Below, in pieces: positions 23,941 to 38,119 of a stretch of 64,000 nucleotides of DNA (position 1 is its first letter; the number at the start of each line of letters is the position of its first letter). The DNA is taken from the NCBI GenBank assembly GCA_013239625.1, contig MU053493.1, positions 2,551,793 to 2,615,792 on the forward strand, read 5' to 3'. Position numbers and translations under genes: made by a program. The notes below the pieces were generated by a model that made no database searches, had not been told where the DNA came from, and saw only the letters and a list, made by a program, of their open reading frames with translations. Source of the DNA: Lama guanicoe (taxonomy: Eukaryota).

Positions 23941-25891
23941 CTATGAACCTTTATCCAGACTCCAGCTTTCCTATCCAGGGTTTTAATGTAAGACCATCCA
24001 CTTGGTACTCTTCCCCTCATCAAAAGAAATTCATTTGCTTTTCCCGTATCTCTAAGTAGGTATGGTACCATCTGGTGTTTTCCATGTTTGACCCAGAGCC
24101 ACAGCTGGTATCATCTGACTAATCAAGAGATGGGAAGGGACAGGGTCAGGAATGGGTTAGTGACACAAATCACTTGGTAATTAAAAACGCCTTGGTTATA
24201 ATATTTGCTCCCCACAATAAAATAGCCACTGCAGGATTTTGATAAAACTGTGTCATGTTAAACATCAGTCATTGGAAGGTCCGAGTGTGAGTCTAAGAGG
24301 TGCTAAGGCTGATGTGAGGTATTCAGTTCCAAAAAGACAATTAGAGAGGAAGTGAAAGATACACTTATCGTTTGCTTATTCTTAGTCTACCACTTCATAT
24401 ATGTTAAATTCCCCTTAAAAATCATTTGGGTGACTGAGGTACAAGTGACTAAAGATAATAATTGATCTACTTATCCATTTCATTCAATCAATAATTGTTG
24501 AATACATACCATCTGCCAAGCATCGTGCTAGTCACTAGAGATGTAAATAAGAATTTTTAAATGTAGACTTCTCAGAGATAAGGATATGTTGAAAGGCCGT
24601 AACGGACAGCAAAAAACTGAGGTGGGTACTCAGAAATCAGCTTCCATAGACTAATAATCTCAGAAAATTAGCAGAAACTAAGCTTAGACACTTTGTAATT
24701 CTCTTTCAGCCACACAAAATTAAATTAGAAATCCTCAGAAGACTCAGGCATAGATTGTTTATGTTTTTATTTTTTTTTTATTGAGGTATAGTTGATTTAC
24801 AGTGTTGTGTTAATTTCTGGTGTACAGCATAGGATTCAGTTATACATATATATACATATATTCCTAATTTTTTATTATAGCTTACTATAAGATATAGAAT
24901 ATAGTTCCCTGTGCTATACAGTAGGACCTTGTTATTTATCTATTTTATATATAGCAGTTAGTATCTGCAAATCCCAAACTCCCAACCTACCCTTCCCTCA
25001 CCCCCTTTCCCCTTTGGTAACCATAAGCGTGTTTTCTATGTCTGAGTCTATTTCTGTTTTGTAAATAAGTTCATTTGTATCATTTTTTAAGATTCCACAT
25101 ATGTGATATATGATATTTATCTTTCTCTGTCTAACTTACTTCACTTAGAATGATCATCTCTAGGTCCATCCTTGTTGCTGCAAATGAGACTTTTATTCTT
25201 TTTTATGGCTAAGTAGTATTCCACTGTATAAATATACCATGTTTACTTTACATACTCATCTGTCAATGGACATTTAGGTTGCTTTCATGTCTTGGACTAT
25301 TGTAAATAGTGCTGCTATGAATATTGAGGGGGTGCGTGTGTCTTTTCAAATTAGAGTTTTCTCCAAATATATGTCCAGGAGTGGGACTGCTGGATCCTAT
25401 GTTAACTATTTTTAGTTTTTTAAGGAACCTCCATACTATTTTCCATAGTGATTGCACCAAACTACATTCCCACCAGCAGTGTAGGAGGGTTCCCTTTTCT
25501 CCACATCGTCTCCAGTATTTATCATTTGTGGACTTTTGGATGATGGCCATTCTGACTGGTATGAGATGATACCTCATTGTAGTTTTGATTTGCATTTCTC
25601 AGATAATTAGTGATACTGACTATTTTTTCATCTGCCTATCGGCCATCTGTGTCTCTTCATTGGAGAAATGCCTGTTTAGGTCTTCTGCCCACTTTGGATT
25701 GGATTTTCTTTTTGTTATTGAGTTATATGAGCTGTTGTATATTATGGAAATGAAGCCCTTGTCAGTCACATCATTCACAAATATTTTCTCCCATTCTGTA
25801 GGTTGTCTTTTCATTTTGTTTATAGTTTCCTTTGCTGTGCAAAAGCTTATGTTTAATTAGGTCCCATTTGTTTATTTTTACTTTTATTTCT

Positions 25892-28876
25892 TTTTTTCTA
25901 TTTTTCTATTTCTATTACATTTTAAAATTTTTTTATTGAGTAATAGTCATTTTACAATGTTGTATCAAATTCCAGTGTAGAGCACAATTTTTCAGTTATA
26001 CATGAACATATATATATTCACTGTCACATTTTTTCGCTATGAGCTACCACAAGATCTTGTATATATTTCCCTGTGCTATACAGTATAATCTTGTTTATCT
26101 ATTCTGCATTTTAAAATCCCAGTCTTTCCCTTCCCATCCCCTGCCCCCTTGGCAACCACAAGTTTGTATTCTGTGCTTATGAGTCTGTTTCTGTTTTGTA
26201 TTTATGTTTTGTTAATTTTTTTTTTTAGATTCCTCATATAATAAGCTATCTCATATGGTATTTTTATTTCTCTTTCTGGCTTACTTCACTTAGAATGACA
26301 TCCTCCAGGAACATCCATGTTGCTGCAAATGGCATTATGTTGTTGGTTTTTATGGCTGAGTAGTATTCTATCATATAAAAATACCACATCTTTATTCAGT
26401 CATCTGTTGATGGACATTTAGGCTTTTTCCATGTCTTGGCTATTGTAAATAGTGCTGCTATGAACACTGGGGTGCAGGTGTCATTTTGAAGTAGGGTTCT
26501 TTCTGGATATATGCCAGAAGCAGGATTTCTGGGTCATATAGTAAGTCTAATTTTAGTCTTTTGAGGAATCTCCATACTGTTTTCCACAGTGGCTTTCCTT
26601 GCTTCCCTCTCTTAATGATTTAGATGTCTTCTTTTACAATTTTGTGTTTTTCTTTTTGTAATTCATGGCAGTTATTGCCTTTCCAGTTATGAGTTTCTCA
26701 TTTTTGTAGCATCCTGCTTCTTTTCTATTTAGAGGAAACCTGTCAATATTTCTTTTAGCATGGGTTTAGTGTTGCTAAACTCTTTTAGTTTTTGCTTGTC
26801 TGTGAAGTTCTTCATCTCTCTTTCTATTCTAAAGGATAGCCTTGCTGGATAGAGTATCCTAGGCTGCATCTTTTTTTCATTCAGGACTTTGAATGTATCT
26901 TGCCACTCCCTTCTGGCTGTAGTGTTTGTGTAGAGAAGTCAGCTGAGAGCCTTATGGGGGTTCCCTTGTAACTCACTCTTTGTTTTTCTCTTGCAGCCTT
27001 TAGGATCATTTCTTTATCCTTGACTCTGGCCATCTTGATTATGATATGTCTTGATGTAGGTCTGTTTGGGTTCTTCCTGTTTGGGACCCTCTCAGCCTCC
27101 TGTACTTGGATATTTGATTCCTTTAGGCTTGGGAAGTTTTCAGTCATGATTTCTTCAAATACTTTTTCAATCCCCTTTGTTCTTTCTTCCCCTTCTGGAA
27201 CCACTATTATGTGTAGATTGGCACACTTTATATTATCCCATAGGTCCCTTATATTGTTTTCATTGTTTTTTGTTTTTCTCTCAGCTGTTCTGATTGGATG
27301 CTTTCTGTTGTCCTGTCTTCTAGGTCACTTATTCGTTCCTCTGTATTAGCTAGCCTGCTTTGCACAGTCTTTAGGTCAGCTCTCATCTCAGCAAATGAGT
27401 TTACTAATTCTACTTGGTTCTTAATAGCTTCTATTTCAGATTTGACATATTTTATATCTCTAAACACTATTTCTTTTAGTTCCTTCAGTAATTTGATCAG
27501 TCCTTTTTTGAAATCTTGATCTAGTAGGCCATCAATGTCTATTTCCTTGATCGTGCTTTCAGGGGATTTCTCTGGATCTTTTAATTGGGAGTGGTTCCTC
27601 TGCTTCTTCATATTGCTCATATCTCTCTGGCACTGTGGCTTAAGGAGTATCAGTTATCTAGTTGTACTGGAGACAGTGTGCTCTTAATGATTTTATCGAG
27701 AGGTCTTTATGTCTTTGCCCTGTTTTGTGAACTCAGCTTGCTGTTTCCAGAGGCCCTCTGTTGGTACCCTCGTCTGTGCTGCTCCCAGTGGCTGTTGGAT
27801 AGCAGATCGCGCCCCCTCCCAACACTGGGTAAGGTGCTGAGCTCTTACCTGGTGGGTGGGCGGGTCACTCCCCCTCCTGACGCTGCAGTCAGATGCTGTG
27901 TTCCTGCCAGGAAGGCAGGTGGCCGCCCGTCCTCTCCTGGCTCTGGTCGCTCCGCTGCTTTGTGCAGCTGCCTGCTCTGCCTCAGGTCAGCGCTCCCAAG
28001 GTGGGCTCGGGGAAGACCGCAGAACGGCCCTGCCCCTGCTCCGCATCGAATCTCAACTCCTTGTTTGTCTTGGCAGCGCGAGTTCTCTGAGGTGCCAGAG
28101 CAGAAAGATCCTATCTGCCTCGGGCTGTAAACAAGCCTCAATCCTGCCAAGGAGGTTGTAGAGCCCCCGGGTGCGGATTCAGGGCTCGGCCCCACCCCCA
28201 TCCCGGATGCTGCGCACAGGAGATGGCGGCTGTGGCCGCGCCCCGCCTCTCTTCTCCCGAGAAGCGCCAGTAATGGCGGCACAGGTCTGAGACAGAGGCT
28301 ACAGCGTCCCTCCCCCCAGGGCACACCAGCCTTGCTGCTTTGCTTTTTTCGCAATTTATGGAGGACCAAGGTTCTTCTGCTCCATAGCCCCTCCCAGCCA
28401 CGGCGTGCAGCACCCTGCAGTCCTCCGGGGCGCCTCAGTGCAGCTGCCCCTGTCCTCCACCCGGCTCGGGCAGCCTGGCCCGGCCCCAGTTGCCGGCTCG
28501 CATCTCAGGCTGGGTGTCACGGGGACCCTTTGTGCCTGTTTAACTCAGTTCTGTCGGTCAAGGGGTGCTTGGGGTCTCAGAGGCTCCTCCTCCATCCAAC
28601 GGAGAGGGGAGACCCAGTGAACAGAGTGCCAGTCCTCCTTTGCTGCTCCCTCCCCACAGGATCAGTCCTGCACTGTTTTGCTTTTTCTTCTTTCTTTTTT
28701 CCTTTTCTCCTACCTGATTTTTGGCGTCTTTGTCTTTCAAAGAGGGCGATGTTCTGTCGGAGTTCGACAGGTGCTCTGGTTGGCTGAGTAGGTCCGTAGA
28801 TGTGAGTTTTGGTGTATTTGTGGGAGAGGGTGAGCTACAAGCGTCCTTCTACTCTGCCATCTTGTGTCTCCCTCTG
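25892..28876 (-). mobile_element. Young L1 with complete 5'UTR and ORF1 but lacking almost all of ORF2 (~3 kb), TSD cttttatttct
   Basis: The 5' end carries a YY1-type caagatggc. CpG-rich 5'UTR 27621-28876; frameshifted ORF1 26729-27620; junction at ~26593 into the ORF2 C-terminal region; then 3'UTR and polyA. Confidence 0.88.
26729..27620 (-). pseudogene. L1 ORF1p (RNA-binding chaperone), frameshifted
   Basis: MSNMKKQRNHSQLKD..., IEKVFEEIMTENFPSLKE...RHIIIKM...GTPIRLSADFS, ...PRILYPARLSF...KLKEFSNTKPMLKEILTGFL*. Confidence 0.9.
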
Positions 28877-29879
28877 CTTTTATTTCTATTGCCTGGGTAC
28901 ACTGCTCTAGGAGGCATAGACTGTAAACATGAGATTTTGACATGTACAAATTCGACGATCTTAACGAGTAAAGAAATACAAGTTGCCTAAATGGCATAAT
29001 ATAGAAATAAGGTGTTGTAGATAGTCAGCTATTCTGCTTGAAAGATAAATGTGCACAGGTTACAGCTGAGTAAGTGGCTTAAGATTCCTATAGAATATTC
29101 TTCTCTTTAGGAGCTTACATAAAAAAAATTTTTTTTAATTTAAAAATTTTAAAAAGAAACTTACATAGAAGTTACAGAAATGCAGTTTAAAACCAAGTCC
29201 TAGAAAGCACTCATTAATTTGAGGGCCAGTCATTTTGGGGGGTGGAAATCACTGGATTGTCAAAAATTGAAACAGGTTAATTTTGGTTGACTGACTGATA
29301 CAGTGGGTGAAATCTCAGCTGAAAGTCATGAATTTAGAAACTACCAAAGCTATGGCAGACAAAACCTGCCCACAAGAAGGTGTCCAGTCCAGAGGTGCTG
29401 GGGCCCCATGCCATGGGTTTTCAGTAAGTTCCACTTGGAGTTCAGGCCAGTGTCCTGCGCTTTTGACCTTGGAACATCAGTTGGTCTGATGTGCTTGTTT
29501 TGTTCCTGTTAGTTGGATGAATAATTTATAAGCTCTAAAACTCAGTGTACTCTTATGTAAGTTGTGTTTAAATAGAACCATTTTGATGTCCTGTACATAC
29601 TCTGTTAATTTTCTTAATGATTTTTGAAAGGCTTAAAAGGATTTTCTCTACAAAATTTATAAGGCTGATTTAGGAGATTGACTTTGGCTTAAATGCTTAG
29701 GAAGATTTTGTTTCTTACATTTGTAATCTTCCCTTGGTGTATCTGAAATGTTTGCGAGAGTCAATTGTGTTAAAACTGTACTTTGAAATCGCCAAGGGAA
29801 TTTGATTAAAGTTAAATATGTAAATATGTTATGTGTATGGGTTAACTGAAAAAGCACAAGTGAAAATGATTGTTCTTAT

Positions 29880-30255
29880 TTATTATTATTTATTTTTGAT
29901 TGAAGTATAGTTAATTTTCAATGTTGTGTTAGTATCTGGTGTACAGCATAGTGATTCAGTTATATATATATATATATATTTTTTATCACATTCTTTTCTA
30001 TTATAGGTTATTACAGGATATTGAGTATAGTTCCCCGTGCTATACAGTAGGATCTTGTTGTTTATCTATTTTATATATAGTAGTTTGTTTCTCCTGATCC
30101 CAAACTCCTAATTTATCCCTTCCTCTCCCCTTTCCCCCGGTAACCATAAGTTTGTTTTCTATGCCTGTAAGTCTGTTTCTGTTTCATAAATAAGTTCATT
30201 CGTGTCATATTTTAGGTTCCACATATAAGTGATATCATATGGTATTTGTCTCTTA
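29880..30255 (-). mobile_element. L1 3'UTR fragment
   Basis: L1 tail motifs; flanking repeats ttgttcttattt / ttgtttcttattt. Confidence 0.85.
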
Positions 30256-31002
30256 ATTGTTTCTTATTTTCTAAGTAAAATAAAGCTGTACACTAAGCTG
30301 AAATGTTTAAGGAAAATCAGATTTTTTACCTTTGTAACTCTAAGAATAGAATAGGGAGTAAAACAAGTAATTTTAAGGATTCCTTTCTGTGCACAAAAGC
30401 CCAACTAGGATAGTAACAGCCCCAAACTCAGAGTTAACCAATGAGAAATGTGGGAGCAGACTGTGGGGGTGGGCTGTGGGTCCGTCATTAGTCGGGGTGC
30501 TTGAAGAAAGATCTACATCCCTAGCAGCAGAGTCGGGATGTCTGACACCCCTCTTGCATCCCCGTTTACACAGAGCACACACAGCTGGCAGAGGAATAAC
30601 ACCAGGGGCTGCTTCCTGTAGAAAGTCAGCCTGCCTGGAGAGGGGCCCTGGGTGACCGCTGGGATCAGAGAAAGGGACCAGCAGGGTCTAAGGTAACTCC
30701 AGGAATGTTTGTATCAAATAGGGTGGGGAAGGCAAAAAGCACAGAGACTATTTCTGTCATCCACCCCAAGATAAACCTCCTAATTTGGCAATGTGTATTT
30801 TCCGGTCTGCCCGCTTTGACCACACCCACCACCTCATCACCCTGCCCACTGGTACAGGGGCCACACTTGGGTCTGGGTGACAGGGAGGCCCGTGGGAAAC
30901 TGCAGTTCCCTCTACATCCGGATTGTTTATTCAAAAGGTGAAATGGCCCAAGAATCACTGGGCACTGGATGACAACCAGCAGCATTAAAAAGACCAAGGT
31001 GA

Positions 31003-31316
31003 TGAAAACATGATGCTTAGTGAAATGAGCCAAACACAAACGGACAAATACTGTGTCTAGGAGGTCCCTAGAGCAGGCAGAGGTACAGAAACAGAAAGGA
31101 GATGGTGGGTGGCAGTGGCTGGGGGAGGGCAAGGGGGACTGAGTGTTTGATGCGGACATTTCATTCGAATGATGAAAAAGACCTGGAGATGGATGGTGGT
31201 GATGGCTGCATAGCAATAGGAATGGACTCGATGTCCCTGAATTGTACACTTAAAATGCTGAAAATGGTAAATTTTCTGCTAGGAATCTTTTACCACAATA
31301 AAATATATATATAAAA
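31003..31316 (+). mobile_element. L1MB-type 3' end with TSD aaaaagaccaag(g/a)tga, inserted in older L1 ORF1-like sequence
   Basis: ctggagatggatggtggtgatggctgca...ctgaattgtacacttaaaatg; direct repeats at ~30987 and ~31315. Confidence 0.75.
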
Positions 31317-31945
31317 AAAGACCAAGATGAAAAAAAAGCGAAATAGCTGATCTGGAGAAAAATAATTCAGGGAAGAGATAAGAATTTTTAAATTTTAGTT
31401 CAAATCGGTAGAAAACTTAGATGGGGATATTGCGCCCACAAAAATAAGATTGACTGTTATGAAAAAGGATCAACCAGAGAGCAAGAAAGACTTCCTACCA
31501 ATTAAAATATGGATTTCCAATAAAAAGTTCAGTGGATGGGTCAAATGTCCATCGCTAATAAGCCTAAACTGAAGAAGAAATGTGTTGAGATGTAGAACAA
31601 GGAAAATATGAGAGAGAAATTAAGAGACACGAGGATAGATCCAGGCCACTAAACCCTATTTATCAAATAGGGTTTGTTAAAGCAGTGAGCAGAGACAAAG
31701 AGGGAATTAAAAAATTGAGAAACAAAAGGAATAGTTCTCTGAGCTGAAGAAAGTCAGATTGCAAGAGATCATGTGCATGAAGAGGATGAATGCAAAGAGA
31801 CTCACGCCTTTAATACACCCTGGAGAAATTTCAGAACACCAAAGGTAAAAGATTACCTTCGATAGAGTAAGAATCAGCAGACATCAGGCTTCATATGGGC
31901 ACACAGTGTGTTGCTAAGACGACAAAGCTGTGCCTCAGAATTCTC

Positions 31946-32080
31946 AGGGGAGGGGGGGCTAGAGCTCAGTGGTAGAGCACGTGCTTAGCATGCACCAGGT
32001 CCTGGGTTCAATCCTCAGTCCCTCCATGAAATAAATAAATAAACAAACCTAATTACTCCCCTCCCCCACCCCCCAAAAAA
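31946..32080 (+). mobile_element. tRNA-derived SINE (Vic-1-like), TSD gaattct(c/t)agggg
   Basis: SINE consensus plus direct repeats. Confidence 0.92.
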
Positions 32081-32865
32081 CGAATTCTTAGGGGAAACTC
32101 CAAGTCAAGCATGGCCAAAATTAAGTCATTTCAGACATGCAGGGATTTGGAAAGTTGATTTAGGATTCAGCCCACGAAGGATATTCCTTAAGATGGCCAG
32201 TAAGGGGAAAAGGGAATTCCAGACAGAGGACCATCAGAATTGAAACAGTGGTAGCTGACTGTGCCTTGGATGAAGCAGAGAAATTCTCAAAATTCTCAAA
32301 AGAGAATCCACTGAACTTTGATATTTGGTGCACTTTTCTCTGGTTCATATGAGTTTGGAGACCTAGAATTCCAGTTCCTTTTCTGTGGGTATAATCATAC
32401 CACTTTATTTATGCAATAATTAAAAATCCTACCATAAATATTCTTTTACTAAGTTTGGTTTTTATGATTAATCTGTAGACTTAATTAGGGCCACGGAACA
32501 GGCTGAATATATAACAAACACTGAGAACTTAAGAATAAAATTAAATAAATAATAAAATAAAGAAATAATACAATAATAAATATATAATAAAATTAGCAAT
32601 AAAATTGAGTGATAGCATTTGGGAAAGGAGGCAGGAGAGACTTACACTTAGTAAATTATCTTCGCCTTTCACAGATGCAGTGCAAAGGTGACAAATCAAA
32701 GTACATAAACCTAACTATAGAATTTAAAACAGTGCTATTCTGACTGCAGGTCACAACCCATTAATGGGTTATGAAAGTAATGTACTGGTCCCAGACAACA
32801 TTTTTTAAAAAGTGAAATAAAACAGAATTGGAAGTATTAGACTGCACGGCACATTTTCAAAGTAC

Positions 32866-34120
32866 TGGGGAGCAGCATCAGCAAGATGGCTGAATAAGAT
32901 GTTCCTCACTTGCATCCGCTCTCCAACAATGACATTTTGGCATTTATCTAAGGACAAGTGATTCTAGGGGAGGTATGGGCTCCAACACCATATGCCAGGG
33001 GGCCTGGGCAGTGTCTTGCCCACCTGTACATCCAGTAATATCATATAGACCTCAGTCCCTGCAGTGGCCCATGAACGGGCTCCTACCCCTCTCAGCTGTG
33101 GTCCAGGAGCCCCCTGATAACCCTGACTTAGACAATCACCCGTGGATGAGAGAGCATTTGTGGAAGGCCCTTAAAGTTCCGTGCAGAATTTCCAGCACAC
33201 CACTGGAGAAAAATAAAACGCATTCAAACTCATTGGAGAGGGTAAAGGGAACAGTATGACTCTACCCACAACATCCCTCCCCCAGGGTGGCACAGCTCAG
33301 CGCCAAGAGAGAGCTCCTGGACTCGTGATGTCCCCCATGGGACATGAATGGCCAGCGGGGACATGAAAAGGTGCTCAACACCACTAATCAACAGAGAAAT
33401 GCAAATCCAAATCGCAATGAGTATCACTTCACACCTGACAGAACAGAATGAGTGCTATCAAAAAGACAAGAAATAACAAGTGTCTGTAAGGATGTGGGAA
33501 AAGGGAACACTTTGTACATTGTAGGTGGGAATGTAAATTGGTGTGGCCACTATGGAAAACAGGATGGAGATTCCTGAAAAAAAAGTCAGAAATAAACTAC
33601 CATATGATCCAGCAATTCCACTTTCCAAAGGAAATGAAATCATGGTCTTGAAGAGATAATCTGCATCCCTATGTTCATTGCATCATTATTTACAATCGCC
33701 AAGACATGGAAACAACCTAAGTGTCCACTGGTGGATGAATGGATAAAGAAGATGTATATATACCTGTATACACACACACACACACGCATGCACACACGCA
33801 CACGACGATTATTACTTCAGCCATGAAAAAGGAAATCCTGCCATTTATGACAACACGGATGGATCTTGAGGGCACTGTGCTAAATGAAATAAATCCAACA
33901 GAGAAAGACAAATACTGTATGATCTCACTTACATATGGACTCTAAAAAAACCAAACTCATAGAAACAGAGAACAGATTGGTGGTTCCCAGCAGTGGGAGT
34001 TGGGAGTGGAGGAACAGGTGAAGCTGGTCAAAAGGTAAAATTTCCAGTTACGAGATGAATTAGTTGTAGGGATGTAATGTACAGCAAGGTGACTATACTT
34101 AATGATACTGTACTATATAA
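32866..34120 (+). mobile_element. Older L1: 5'UTR-like start joined directly to the ORF2 3' end / 3'UTR
   Basis: caagatggctgaataag L1-type 5' end at ~32882. From ~33348 ORF2 C-terminal motifs (KKEILPFMTTRMDLEG). Confidence 0.65.
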
Positions 34121-37100
34121 GCATGATATTTACCATTCACTTTGAGACTGTTTTTATAAGTCTCTTGGAAATACAGTGAGCTGCACCAGTTCTTCAGGGA
34201 GGTAGTGATGACCTTTAGTTTTGTTTCTTCTCCTTTAGATATGCAGTTCTTCAGGCTTGTGCTGGAAAGCACGGTTGGTTTTGTAAAATTGCCATTGCTT
34301 CAGCAGACAGTAGCTCACTGTGCTCACCTTGAACGTTACATAAAACACTGAAGGACTGTGCCATTATTTGTCAAATTTACATAATGGAGGATTATTGGAG
34401 TTGCCAGTCCAAAAATCCCCAATTTTAAGAAATCCATCTTTGTGCTTCCTATACAATGCTTCATACACTTATTTATTTGGGACACTGACTTGAATTCTCT
34501 GCACTGGCATATACCTAGTCTGAGCATATACTGATTTGTGTTCTAATTTACACCAGAGTCCAATTCACCATTTAACCTTACATTTTTCATGGTATAGATT
34601 TTTTTCTATCTGAATATTACTTTTAAGCTTAATAAGTAGCCCTGAGCAATTGGTCCACTTGGAGAATTAGGGCTGTATTCAACATAATAAGAAGAAGAAA
34701 ACTATAGAAAAAGTACAGTAACAAACAGCATAGTTGAGAACCATAACTGAATGTTAATGAGACAAATTATCCAGTGAAGAAATATCAATAAAATTAAAAC
34801 AAGGGATGTTTGTTTTCGGATACCAAGCAGAGTGATCTTGTGATTCCTGCAGCCTCGTAGAACGGGGAGAAGGATTGAAAGCCCTGCAGCACAACAATGG
34901 GGACCTGTCAATTTCAGGAACAGGGAGAGAGACTTGCTAACAGAGGAAACACATTTCCTTCCAATATGAGTTTAGATCAAAGTTTGCAAATTCATGGCCT
35001 AAGGGCTGCACTGGATCACAGACATCTTTGTTTGGCCTGAAAGGTATTTTTTTAATCGGGAAATTCCGTATAAAAATCTGGCACCTCTTGAATAATCATT
35101 CCTTCATGTCAATAGTTGGGGTGGGGTAGAAGTCGTTCTTAGATGGGAGTTGCACTTCCAATTTACTACAGTTGCCAAAACACTATTTTGAAACGCTTGA
35201 CTTGCTTGATACTCTAATATTACCTTCCTGGCTTCTGTATGCACTTCCATCTGCAACTGTTGACTATGCTATTCCCAAAGTGGGGGAAAAACAGATCCTG
35301 TACTAAGGAGCTGGAGACCAAGCTCCTGTTGACGGGAAAGGAAACTCAAGGCCAGGACAGAATAAAGACTAGACTTTCTCTCGAGACTGCAGGACTCAGG
35401 CTGAAAGAGCTAGACTGCTTCTTATGGAAATGGATAGAGATTTCAATTTCTAGGGAGAGGAAAGTGGAACTTTGGATTGAAAGACCTGAAAAAAAGAGAT
35501 ACAAGTTTACTTGCTTACTGTAGGCATAAATCTGATGGCAGATAAATCCTGTTAGGACTAGATGGAGCCCCCAGACAGATTACAAGTAGTTTAAAATTTT
35601 TTTCCAAACTTCAAAACTATGCTAATGATTATACTGTTTTTTTTTAATTAAAGAAAAAAAATTATAAAGGTTAACAGGACCCTTAAGTCTAAACCTAGGA
35701 GTATAATTGCTGGGTCACGAGATGTGCACATCCCCAAACACTGATAGAAAGTTCCAAACTGTTCTTCACACACTCCCACTAGGGTGAATCCTAACGCACA
35801 CTGTTCTACAGTTGGCCAGTGTTGATGGTGTGATGCTCTGGACTTGGTGCCAATATGATGATTATGAAATGATACATTTTTGTGGGTTTAACTTGCATTT
35901 TCCTGATTCTTACTGGACTTGAGCCTTTCCTATTTTCTCTTGTCTGAATTGTCTGTCTCTTACAATTTTCCTATAGTGTTGTCTTTTTCTTATTGATATA
36001 CGTCTATCCTGAATTAGTCCCTTGAGGGTGATATGTGTTGTAAATATTTTCTCCTAGTTTATGCTGACTTTTCACTTTTTTTTAGTGTGACTTTCAAAGA
36101 GTAGAATTTTATATTCTCATTTAGATCAATCTATTAATCTTCTCCTTTATAGTTTGTGCTTAGTTTTTGAAAAATCAAGAACCATTTTGGCAATATTTCA
36201 ACAGCTTTGCCTATAAGACACAATGCATTTTACATGTACATATACATATACAAATATGTCAAAATAACAACTATGCCTAAATTATACGGCTCTAACTAGC
36301 TTTAAATATTATAATTAAAAGTGTATAATTAAAATAAGCATGCCAGCCAATGGTTTAAAAAAAAAGTTTCATTCTGGTTTGGTATTTATTTAGCTCTTGA
36401 GCTACTGAAATCAATGGCCAAGTCAGGCAATTATCTGACGCTTGTGGGTGGCAACCTTGGAGAATCTCAGCCTCTTCTTCCATCCCATCCTATTTTTGTC
36501 CTTAATAGCAGATCTATATCTCAATTTTAGAGTCTATTATTTTTTATAATCATAATCTAAAAATATTCAAATAGAACTTGACTTCATGCGGAATGAAACT
36601 TCAGATCCTCAGCACCCTATCCTTCTTAGTGATTTCTACTCTAGCCCCTAACATTATTATATAAACTCTTATATAAATGATTGTTTTTATTTAGTAGTAT
36701 CTAAAAGTAATGGGAAAAGGAAAAACAGGGACCAAGTTATCCATAACTACCTATGCCTTCTGAGGATGTCAGCGTAATTTACATTAGTGAGGAAAGAAAT
36801 ATCTCTGTGGCTTTCTCCTCCTAACATAGACTGGAGGGAGGGAGGGGTGAGAGACTCTAGTTGAACTGAGCCTTTGGATGGTCAGTGGAGTCGCAGAGCT
36901 GGGTTCTCCAAAGGAATGGACAGAGATTTGGGGATGGAGGACAGAGAAGGAGGAAGAGAGGACGAGAAGGCTGAGGTGACCCTGCTTTCTTACTGTTACC
37001 TTAGACCACTCGTCTAGTCTACTTTATCCACAGGTGCCTTGTGTGAACACTGCTTTTGAGGAAAGGAAATCTATGTTTTATGTGATGCAAGGTGTAAAAG

Positions 37101-38119
37101 GAACAGCATATATGGGAGAGTGAGATTACCTTCCATTGAACTAGTTCAGCTATGGAAGATGATCAGAGCAAATAGGAACTGGGCTGCTTTGTGGTCCTTG
37201 AACACATTAAGAAGTATGTATGTCTTTGATCAACCACAGCGAGGGGCTCAGGCAATTTTGTTAGAATCACCCATCATCTTAGTTATACAAACTAAGGAGA
37301 AGAATGGGAGACACATTGGTTTCACTGGTCCATTGTAATTCCAAAATCCATCCAGGAACTTACCTACCAGCAACAGCAAAAAAAAAAGTTTCTTAAATAG
37401 GATCCATTTCTGTTCCCTGGAAGTGGTTCCATGGTCATTATTTTTTGAGGCTCTTTAATCCACCCTTTGTGCTCTTGGCTCTGCCTTCTTAATTGTGCTT
37501 CCTTTTCATTAGAAGCTTCTCTCTCAACCTGCTTCTGGCCTCCCCAAAACTGGGGGCCTCCAGAGCTCTTTTCCTTGTGAACCGTCTCTGCTCCTTTTAG
37601 TTAAAGCTGGTGGTGCTTTCACAAGTATGATTGTCTTTAAAATGTAGTCGATTCCCTATGAATCTTATTGGGGATCACACTACGGCAAAAAACAAAAACA
37701 AAAACAGAAACTAAAAAAACCTCGTAATTTTTTCCAAGATGGGCTTCTCATTACTTTGGGCCACATGTGAAGCTGCTATAGGAAAATATGACCTTCATAT
37801 TCTTAGAAGTCCAACTGTCTGGTTGAGAGGCCCTCCTTGGTGCTGCCTTAAGTCTTACAGAAGTTTTAATCAAGGATCTTACAGCCAAATCCTTGATTAA
37901 ATCTTCACTCTCAGGCTATTTCTTACTTTGAGAATGTTTTGCTGGCCAGAGAGGCTATCTTGGGCCATCTATATTCCTTCTTGTGTATTTCTTCTTTATC
38001 CTGCCCCAAAAATAAATAGTTTCTTTAGTTAATAGTGTAGTCTCTTCCTGCAGTTTATAAACGTAGCTAAAAGAAGCCAGTTGCACATTCTTTCTTTTCT
38101 AAAATAGGTGCATACATAT

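Larger units (their letters stand above)
24760..28912 (-). mobile_element. 5'-truncated L1 (ORF2 3' part) hosting a nested younger L1; TSD aggcatagattgt / aggcatagactgt
   Basis: ORF track gives [19 protein letters not shown] and [11 protein letters not shown]. The host resumes after 28877 (cttttatttctattgcctggg). TSD-like repeats at ~24747 and ~28913. Confidence 0.85.

Noticed and set aside
27585..28997. Second CpG-rich region with several ORFs, possible gene promoter
   Set aside because: It is the 5'UTR of the nested L1; no recognisable host exon.
34120..34620. Possible decayed coding or transposase sequence
   Set aside because: Stops in the frames I read and no motif I could identify with confidence.
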